DNA of 64,000 nt from a virus. Made by a program: the position numbers and the translations under genes. Positions within the stretch are counted from its first letter, which is position 1. The number at the start of each line of letters is the position of its first letter. A model generated the notes under the pieces. It was not told where the DNA came from. It saw only the letters and a program-made list of their open reading frames with translations, and searched no databases. This document shows, one piece after another, positions 7,296-14,266 of the stretch. The stretch covers positions 1-64,000 of the IMG/VR virus record IMGVR_UViG_2225789004_000003, one strand, 5' to 3'.

Positions 7296-9416
7296 TTAAG
7301 TAGTTTTTAAAAGTTCTAATGATCTTTCGATTAATAACTGTTCTTTTAATTGATCATCTTCTAACTGTTTAACTCTATCTACTTGATCAATATCACACTG
7401 GTCAACGGCTGTTAACTGATTAAACATATTATCAATTAGCTGATCACTTAATCTATATTTTTTCATTGAAATATAACTTTTTAGTTTTTGACTTGTTAAG
7501 TCTTTAATAGATGATATACCTAATATAATTGATTCATCTTCAGTAATTGGATTTTGATTTTTATATTCTTCAGTTATAACAAGGTTATCTAATTCATCTA
7601 ATTTACATCTTATTTCCTTTAATGAATTTAACCATATGTTTTCTTGTTCTTCATTAAATTTATGTTTTACAATATTATCCTGAACATGATTTCTATATCT
7701 ACTACCTTCTTTAGTATATAAAAAATTGCTATCTTGAAAATTTATTTGAATTTCAGCTATTTCAGACTTACTTAATCTATTAAGTCCATTTTCAAATATA
7801 TCTATTTCAGCATTAATGACATTATCTGATATATTTACAGATTCTTCAATTAAATTAATAACTTCTACATTTTTATCCATACAATCTCCTGAATTAATTA
7901 TTTCTGATAAACTATCAGAATTGGTAGTCAAAGTATCTTTTGAAACATTATTATCTGAATAGTCTTTTAAGTTATTTAAACCTTGTAAAGCGATTATTTC
8001 ACTTAAACTATATAACTTATATAAGCCATTATCATCTGAATAATTATTGCTTGGATCATCTAGATCGTTTAAATCATTTAAGCCATCTGAATCAAATAAG
8101 CTATTTGAGATATTTAAATCATTAACTTTAGAATCTTTAAAGTCTTTAGAACCTACTGAAGAATTTGTTATTTCTGATAAATTTTTATTGTCTTTTATTG
8201 GAGTATTATCCGTACAAAACATTTTATAAAATGTATTTATATTAGACTCATTAACATTAATTTTTGATATATCAATAGTTGTCTGTTTTAATTTGTTTAA
8301 TTTAAAATTAAAATCTTTATTCTTTTTAACCTTCTCTGCCTTTATAGCATTATTATCTGAATACTCTTTATAATCCTTTGAATTAGTTATTACTGATTTA
8401 CCATTAAGTCTACATTTAAAAATTCTATTTTCCCGTCTAATAGTATTAATCCAATAAGTATCTAATTTTTTTTTATTTGTAAAAATTGTGTTTTTAACTG
8501 AAATAAAATTATGTGCTTTTTTCTCTTTAATATAATTATTTTCAGGTGTATCAGTATTATATTTTAATTCATTTAATATTTTTAAATGATTATTATTGCA
8601 AAGTCTGCCTTTATTATTTTTAATCTTATAAGCAATATATTCCTGTTCTTTAACCTTTTTAACATTTTGATAATCGATATTATTAATGTTATATCCCATT
8701 ATACATCTAAGTCTTTGTTTAATTGTATTGCCGTATTCATCTTTAAACTGAATAACATGCCTATTATCACTATATTTTTTAAATATTTTAGCATATTTAC
8801 TATTTTTATAAGAATTAAATAATTCATTACCAATATAATAATCTAATATTTCCTTAAAATCTTTTAAAGAAATCTGATAAGACATTTTATCAATATCTTT
8901 AATATAATCTTTAAATTTTTTCCATAGATCTGATTTAGTTATGCCATAAATAACTTCATCCTTATTAAAGTTAACTAAGTGTTTACCTAATTCATTATGA
9001 ATATACTCTGAAACATATTTAAATTCAGATTTAGCTATTAATAATGTTAAATATTCTGGAATTAAAGGTCTTACTTTGATTATATTATGATATTCGCTTT
9101 CTTCATTTAATAAAAATGTTTCATTTAAGAGATTATTATAACCAATACCTATTAAATCTTTAGCTTTAAACTTAAAGTCCTTTATATGATTATTTTTAAA
9201 GGGTTTAAAGCATATATTACTATTATCAAACTGATAAGAATTATCAATTATGCAATATTCACTAATATTATTTAATAATAATTTATTTAAATCAGTTCTA
9301 AATAATAATTTAGGATTATAATGATCTTCGCCTAAATTATTTAATACTGAATAATATTTATTATCTAAAATATCTTTATCAACTTTTAAAAATTTTGTAG
9401 ATTTAACATTATACAT
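7296..9416 (-). CDS. Hypothetical large early protein (about 706 aa) with an acidic D/N/S-rich central region
   Basis: Start moved to ATG 9416 (MYNVKS) behind AAGGAAAT. The upstream part of the track ORF overlaps a palindromic operator-like site. Confidence 0.6.
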   Translation of the reverse strand: MYNVKSTKFLKVDKDILDNKYYSVLNNLGEDHYNPKLLFRTDLNKLLLNNISEYCIIDNSYQFDNSNICFKPFKNNHIKDFKFKAKDLIGIGYNNLLNETFLLNEESEYHNIIKVRPLIPEYLTLLIAKSEFKYVSEYIHNELGKHLVNFNKDEVIYGITKSDLWKKFKDYIKDIDKMSYQISLKDFKEILDYYIGNELFNSYKNSKYAKIFKKYSDNRHVIQFKDEYGNTIKQRLRCIMGYNINNIDYQNVKKVKEQEYIAYKIKNNKGRLCNNNHLKILNELKYNTDTPENNYIKEKKAHNFISVKNTIFTNKKKLDTYWINTIRRENRIFKCRLNGKSVITNSKDYKEYSDNNAIKAEKVKKNKDFNFKLNKLKQTTIDISKINVNESNINTFYKMFCTDNTPIKDNKNLSEITNSSVGSKDFKDSKVNDLNISNSLFDSDGLNDLNDLDDPSNNYSDDNGLYKLYSLSEIIALQGLNNLKDYSDNNVSKDTLTTNSDSLSEIINSGDCMDKNVEVINLIEESVNISDNVINAEIDIFENGLNRLSKSEIAEIQINFQDSNFLYTKEGSRYRNHVQDNIVKHKFNEEQENIWLNSLKEIRCKLDELDNLVITEEYKNQNPITEDESIILGISSIKDLTSQKLKSYISMKKYRLSDQLIDNMFNQLTAVDQCDIDQVDRVKQLEDDQLKEQLLIERSLELLKTT

Positions 9417-9455
9417 AATTGATATTTCCTTATAAATATAAAAAACTTTCATCGT

Positions 9456-9474
9456 AAATTTTGTGACAAAATTT
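9456..9474. promoter_or_regulatory. Perfect 19-nt palindrome AAATTTTGT-G-ACAAAATTT (operator-like)
   Basis: Read directly. Lies 40-58 nt upstream of ATG 9416. A second copy of the core is at 9603..9615. Confidence 0.5.
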
Positions 9475-9602
9475 TCATTGCTTATTATCTTAAAGTAAGC
9501 CTTTAATATAAAAACCAATTAATAACGATAAAAGTCTTTTTTGTTAATTATATTTAATTATTTTAATACAGTTTTTATATTAAATTTCTAAATAAACGAA
9601 AT

Positions 9603-9615
9603 TTTTGTCACAAAA
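9603..9615. promoter_or_regulatory. Second copy of the palindrome core TTTTGT-C-ACAAAA
   Basis: 13-nt perfect palindrome, 144 bp centre to centre from the first. Confidence 0.45.
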
Positions 9616-9862
9616 TTATTATATTTATTTTACCATTATTTACATAAAATGTCAATACTTTTTATAAATAATTTTCCAAATTGCCATTATATTTTATTTT
9701 ATTAATTATATTAATAATAAATTCTTTTATTATTAATTTTTAAATAATATATAATATTTAATAACATATAAGATCTAATAAAATATAGTGTACTTTTTAA
9801 GATAAATCTTTTTAAATTTCTTCAGGAATTCTTTGGATTCAAAGGTTTAAGACATAAGAACC

Positions 9863-9977
9863 TTTTTGTCCATGTTAACAACGCCACATTACTATACTTA
9901 AAGGATTCTTCAGGATCTCAAAATTAAATCAATTTTTATATAATTATTCGTTTACAAAATTTTAATATGGACAAAAA
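9863..9977. repeat. Inverted 11-mers TTTTTGTCCAT (9863..9873) and ATGGACAAAAA (9967..9977)
   Basis: Exact reverse complements. Related direct half-sites TTTCGTCCAT 10051..10060 and TTTTGTCCT 10129..10137. Confidence 0.5.
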
Positions 9978-10169
9978 GATATTGACCTATTTTTAGCTAT
10001 ATTTTGACTGCATTAAATTAATTATTCAGGTTTAAAATCACAGTATAGTATTTCGTCCATTTAATAAAAATATCAATAGGTTCTAAAACTTATGCAGATT
10101 ATTTGCTCTTAAAATACCAAATATAATATTTTGTCCTTTTATTGATTTTAAATTTATTTTCAGAAAGTA

Positions 10170-10234
10170 TTGACAGTTTATATTTTTGATGTTATAATAA
10201 TAACATAAAGATTACAAAAAGACAGAGACAGTCT
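10170..10234 (+). promoter_or_regulatory. Early promoter D plus conserved leader (plus-strand operon)
   Basis: TTGACA 10170..10175, 17 nt, TGtTATAAT (10193..10198). Leader AGACAGAGACAGTCT 10220..10234, then ATAAAACTAGAAGG SD. Confidence 0.7.
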
Positions 10235-10256
10235 ATAAAACTAGAAGGATAACAAA

Positions 10257-11081
10257 ATGAACGTATATGAAATGCTTACAAATAAAATATTAGAACAATT
10301 GGATAATAACATAATACCTTGGCAAAAGTCTTGGGTTGGTAGAAAGAATACAGTTATTAATTATGTAACTAGAAAAGAATATAAAGGTATTAATCAGTTA
10401 CTTCTTCCAATGGCTGGCGAGTATCTAACATTTAAACAATGTGCAAGTCTTGGCGGTAAAGTTAAAAAAGGTGAAAAAGCCAGTATGATCGTTTTCTTTA
10501 AATGGATTGAGAAGAAAAATGAGAAGGATGAAGTTACTAATAGTTATCCTGTATTAAATTGGTATAATGTATTTCACATTTCACAATGTGAAGGTATTGA
10601 GTCTAAAATGGAATCTATGGAAGTCAATGATAATGATCCTATTGAAGTAGCTGAAAACATTGTTAGTAACTATATCAGTAGAAGCAATGTTAAGCTAAAC
10701 CTTAGTGAATTCAATGAAGCTAGTTACTCACCATCAACTGATACTGTTACTGTTCCTAAAATTGGACTATTCACTAGCAGTGAAGAACATTATTCAACAA
10801 TGTTTCACGAACTTGGACATTCAACTGGTCATGAAAGCAGACTAAACAGACTTAAAAACAAAACAACTAGTAAATTAAGCGGTGATTATAGCTTTGAAGA
10901 ATTAGTTGCTGAAATAACTGCAGTAAATCTTATAAATAAATCTGGAATTGACTCTGAAAAGGTTTTCAACAATTCAGTAGCTTACATTCAAGGTTGGAGT
11001 AAATTTATCAGAAGTAATACGAAAGCTATGATTCAAGCAAGCAGTCTTGCTGAAAAAGCTACTGATTGTATATTAGTATAG
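10257..11081 (+). CDS. ardC: ArdC-like antirestriction protein (ssDNA-binding N-domain plus zincin metalloprotease)
   Basis: N-terminal IPWQKSW...KGINQLLL (DUF1738/ArdC-N type) and HELGH in FHELGHSTGHESRLNR. Confidence 0.8.
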   Translation: MNVYEMLTNKILEQLDNNIIPWQKSWVGRKNTVINYVTRKEYKGINQLLLPMAGEYLTFKQCASLGGKVKKGEKASMIVFFKWIEKKNEKDEVTNSYPVLNWYNVFHISQCEGIESKMESMEVNDNDPIEVAENIVSNYISRSNVKLNLSEFNEASYSPSTDTVTVPKIGLFTSSEEHYSTMFHELGHSTGHESRLNRLKNKTTSKLSGDYSFEELVAEITAVNLINKSGIDSEKVFNNSVAYIQGWSKFIRSNTKAMIQASSLAEKATDCILV

Positions 11082-11091
11082 ATGTATCATA

Positions 11092-11135
11092 GTTTCTGCT
11101 GTATCAATCAAAACGTATAGCAGAAACCATTTTAA
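11092..11135 (+). terminator. Hairpin terminator after ardC
   Basis: 9-bp stem GTTTCTGCT/AGCAGAAAC followed by CATTTTAAT. The U-run is weak. Confidence 0.45.
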
Positions 11136-11182
11136 TACAGATAAGGTAAAAATATATTAAAAATTATAAAAGGAGTTTAAAA

Positions 11183-11539
11183 GTGAAATTTTTATTTGAA
11201 ATGGCTAATTTGCATAAACAGTATTCTAATTTACCAGTTAATTTGTATTTTACTGGCAATGGCTATAGGAATATAAAAAATCATAATTGTTTAAGAGTTA
11301 AAGTTCAACAAGATAAAAGTAATAGTATGCACCCAGAAAATTTGAGTTCCATAATGTTTATGACTGGAGATAATTGGGATATATTAAATTATAGAAAAGT
11401 AGGTAAGTTTAAAATATCAAATTCAGATCTTAATACAATTATTGATTATATTAAAGACAATTGGGATATGATAGTAAAACATTGGATAGGAGAATTACCA
11501 GATAGAGACTTTTTAATTAATTTACCACCAGTTAAATAA
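11183..11539 (+). CDS. Hypothetical protein, paralog family 1 (close paralog of 611..985)
   Basis: GTG start behind AAAGGAG. FEMANLHKQYSNLPVNLYFTGNGY..CLRVKVQQD and IIDYIKDNWDMIVKHWIGEL match ORF 611..985. Confidence 0.55.
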   Translation: MKFLFEMANLHKQYSNLPVNLYFTGNGYRNIKNHNCLRVKVQQDKSNSMHPENLSSIMFMTGDNWDILNYRKVGKFKISNSDLNTIIDYIKDNWDMIVKHWIGELPDRDFLINLPPVK

Positions 11540-11561
11540 AATAAAACTAAGGAGAAAAAAA

Positions 11562-11681
11562 ATGGATTTAATGTATAATATTAAAACAAAATTTCCATCA
11601 TACTTTCGAGATGATGAAGAAATTAAAATAGCATATGTAGCCTGCACAAGGGGTAAAAGTAATCTAATAATATTAAATTAA
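11562..11681 (+). CDS. 39-aa ORF carrying an SF1-helicase C-terminal (motif VI-like) remnant
   Basis: AAGGAG SD. MDLMYNIKTKFPSYFRDDEEIKIAYVACTRGKSNLIILN: the YVAxTRxK..L.I signature of UvrD_C_2/Dda/RecD-type helicase ends. Confidence 0.35.
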   Translation: MDLMYNIKTKFPSYFRDDEEIKIAYVACTRGKSNLIILN

Positions 11682-11691
11682 GGAGAATAAA

Positions 11692-12585
11692 ATGGAGATA
11701 CAAAGTTTATCAATAGCAGTTCCAGGTAAAAAGTGTGTAAATAATTGTAAGTTTTGTGTGTCAAAAATGCACAATAGTAATTATCCAGATTATATAAGTT
11801 GGGATGAGTTTAATGTTGAAAAATGCAGTAAGTCTGAACATGATTACATTGGCAAATTAGAATTTGTTAGAGATAATAATTGTCATATAGTAATGTTAAC
11901 TGGCAGTATAGAACCTATGCAAAATACAAATTTTCTTAGAAGATTCGCATTTATGAATAACCAACTAAAAAATCCATTTAAATGGATTGAAATGCAATCC
12001 TCTGGATTATTTTTAAACGATCCACAAAAATTAGAATTTTTAAAAGATGAAGTAAAAGTAAAAACTATATCTCTATCAATATCGAGTCTTAATAATGATG
12101 TCAATAATGAAATTATTGGTTTTCCTGAAAATCATAGAATTGATATTGCGGATGTATGTAGTAAAATAAAAGATTTTGGTTTTAATTTACGATTAAGTAT
12201 TAATTTGAATAAAGATTTTGAAACTCGTTATGGCTTTGATATAGATAATTTTATGGACGAATTACTTTATTTGAAACCTGATCAAATAACATTTAGAAAA
12301 TTATATATTTCATCTAGTATTGAAACTCCAGAAAATACATGGATATATGAAAATTATTATTCAGATGAATACTATAATACTTTAGTTAGTTATATACAAT
12401 CAGGAAAATTAATTGATATAATACCGTATGATAGATCTAAATATTCATTTCATGGTGTAGGTGTTATGATAAATGATAATTGTATGAATAAGCCTATTAT
12501 TGAGGGTAACTATGAATATATGATTCTTAGAGAAAATTGTAAATTATACTCTAAATGGGATGATCCTGCATCATTAATATTTTAA
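11692..12585 (+). CDS. Radical SAM domain protein, function unknown
   Basis: CVNNCKFC (C-x3-C-x2-C) at residues 15-22 and a glycine-rich SAM motif analogue MLTGSIEP. AAGGAG SD. Confidence 0.75.
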   Translation: MEIQSLSIAVPGKKCVNNCKFCVSKMHNSNYPDYISWDEFNVEKCSKSEHDYIGKLEFVRDNNCHIVMLTGSIEPMQNTNFLRRFAFMNNQLKNPFKWIEMQSSGLFLNDPQKLEFLKDEVKVKTISLSISSLNNDVNNEIIGFPENHRIDIADVCSKIKDFGFNLRLSINLNKDFETRYGFDIDNFMDELLYLKPDQITFRKLYISSSIETPENTWIYENYYSDEYYNTLVSYIQSGKLIDIIPYDRSKYSFHGVGVMINDNCMNKPIIEGNYEYMILRENCKLYSKWDDPASLIF

Positions 12586-12592
12586 TTAAAAT

Positions 12593-12672
12593 AAAAAGCT
12601 ATAAGGTATTGACTTATAACTTTTTTAATGTTATAATAGTAACATAAAAATTAATAAGACAGAGTAAAGTCT
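12593..12672 (+). promoter_or_regulatory. Early promoter E plus terminator hairpin plus conserved leader
   Basis: Hairpin 12593..12625 (one mismatch). TTGACT 12609..12614, 17 nt, TGtTATAAT (12632..12637). Leader AGACAGAGTAAAGTCT 12657..12672. Confidence 0.7.
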
Positions 12673-12695
12673 TTAAAACTAAAAGAGAGTATTAA

Positions 12696-12860
12696 ATGAA
12701 AAATCAAAAAGTAAATAAATATGGTAAAATGACAGAATTTAAATATGAGGGAATTTCCACTTTTAGGAAAAATGGACATTTATTTTACAAAATAAATGAT
12801 GTAAAACAAAATATAAATTTAAAACAGTTATCTTCTAATTTATATGAATGTGAATATTAA
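12696..12860 (+). CDS. Small ORF (54 aa, MKNQKVNKYGKMTEFKYEG...)
   Basis: First ORF after the promoter E leader, with AAAAGAGAG SD. Below the track cutoff. Confidence 0.35.
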   Translation: MKNQKVNKYGKMTEFKYEGISTFRKNGHLFYKINDVKQNINLKQLSSNLYECEY

Positions 12861-12876
12861 TATAGGAGAAAGTAAA

Positions 12877-13953
12877 ATGAAAAAATATACTAGCATGTTA
12901 AATGTATATAATAAGGACTTAAAAGCATTAACTGAAAAGCATTATGGATTGCCTTGTGTATGTCTTAATAAAATACATGGCATGAATGTTCAAATAGAAT
13001 TTATACCTAAGTCTGATTCTAATAAAACTAATGATTTTGATTTAGTTAATATATATGGACGTGAAGATTTAATAACAGCAGAAAATGATGAATATGGAAT
13101 TTTTAAATTTATAACAACTTTAAATTTTACAAATAGTTTTATACCATATATTCATAATCTAATTGAGGTAATAAAAGAAAAAGAATTACTAAAAGATGAA
13201 GTTGTTGAAAGTCTAAGTATATTCGGAGAATTTTTTGGTGGAGTATATGATCATAAAAATGTTCCAAAATGTGAAACATGTCAAAAAATACAAAGAGGTG
13301 TTCATTATAGTCCTTGCAATAATATTATACTTTTTGATATTTATATTAAATCTAATAAAAGAAATTGTTATTTAGATTGGATAAATATAGAAAGGTTATT
13401 TAGTGAAGCCAATATAAATTATCCTGATATAATATTTAGCGGAACATTGCAAGAGTGTATAGACTTTGATCCAGTATTTTTAGATCCAACTTACAAAAAG
13501 TATAATTTACCTGCAATAAAAGATAATTATTCAGAAGGTATAGTTATTCGTCCAATTAAAGAATCTAATTTTGGATATAATTTTGGAGGAGATAGGCTAA
13601 TATTAAAAAATAAATACAAAAAATTTGATGAAAGACAAAAACAACAAAATAGAGAAGCTAATCGAATAGCTAGAGAATTAGAAAGTCAAATACACTTAAA
13701 AGAATTTGATATAGCACTAGAGTATATTAATACTAACAGACTTGATAACTGCTTCTCACATTTAAATATAGTTAAAGATATTAAAAACTTTCCAGCACTA
13801 ATGAAAGAATTTAATATTGATGTATTGAAAGATTTTAAACTTGATAATGATATATTACATTTAACTAAAGATGAAAATAAATTATTGAATAAATTTATAA
13901 ACAAAAAAGCAAGTGAATTAGTAAGACAATATCTAATGGAAGTTGAGGTTTAA
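12877..13953 (+). CDS. RNA ligase, Rnl2 (T4 gp24.1) family
   Basis: KYTSMLNVYN, the nucleotidyl-transferase lysine in NKIHGMN, then IFGEFFGG, ILFDIY, EGIVIRP and ILKNKYKKFDERQK parallel T4 Rnl2 motifs I-V. Start moved to ATG 12877 behind AGGAG. Confidence 0.75.
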   Translation: MKKYTSMLNVYNKDLKALTEKHYGLPCVCLNKIHGMNVQIEFIPKSDSNKTNDFDLVNIYGREDLITAENDEYGIFKFITTLNFTNSFIPYIHNLIEVIKEKELLKDEVVESLSIFGEFFGGVYDHKNVPKCETCQKIQRGVHYSPCNNIILFDIYIKSNKRNCYLDWINIERLFSEANINYPDIIFSGTLQECIDFDPVFLDPTYKKYNLPAIKDNYSEGIVIRPIKESNFGYNFGGDRLILKNKYKKFDERQKQQNREANRIARELESQIHLKEFDIALEYINTNRLDNCFSHLNIVKDIKNFPALMKEFNIDVLKDFKLDNDILHLTKDENKLLNKFINKKASELVRQYLMEVEV

Positions 13954-13960
13954 GTAAATT

Positions 13961-14236
13961 ATGAAAATGATTAAATATTTATTAATATTTATATTTTGTA
14001 TTTTAGTCACAGGTTGTAATAACAATATTGATGTTACACATTATGGTTATCTTGATTTACAGTATATAGATAAGTCTGTTAAAGTTATTAATATACAATA
14101 TAGTTCTGAAAGCTATTATTATGTTTTTTATACAAAAGATAATGAACCTAACAAAATATTTATAGCACATATGAGAAAAGTTGATATAAATTCTAAGTTA
14201 ATTGAATCTACTAAAAAGATATTCCAATTGAAGTAG
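13961..14236 (+). CDS. Small lipoprotein (91 aa)
   Basis: Signal peptide MKMIKYLLIFIFCILVTG|C with a lipobox LVTGC. Confidence 0.7.
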   Translation: MKMIKYLLIFIFCILVTGCNNNIDVTHYGYLDLQYIDKSVKVINIQYSSESYYYVFYTKDNEPNKIFIAHMRKVDINSKLIESTKKIFQLK

Positions 14237-14266
14237 AAAAATACGAAGAAAATAAAGGAGATTAAA

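Noticed and set aside
9863-10137. TTT(T/C)GTCC(A/T)T repeats as DnaA boxes.
   Set aside because: They resemble the consensus TTATCCACA only loosely. I report them as generic repeats, not as DnaA boxes.
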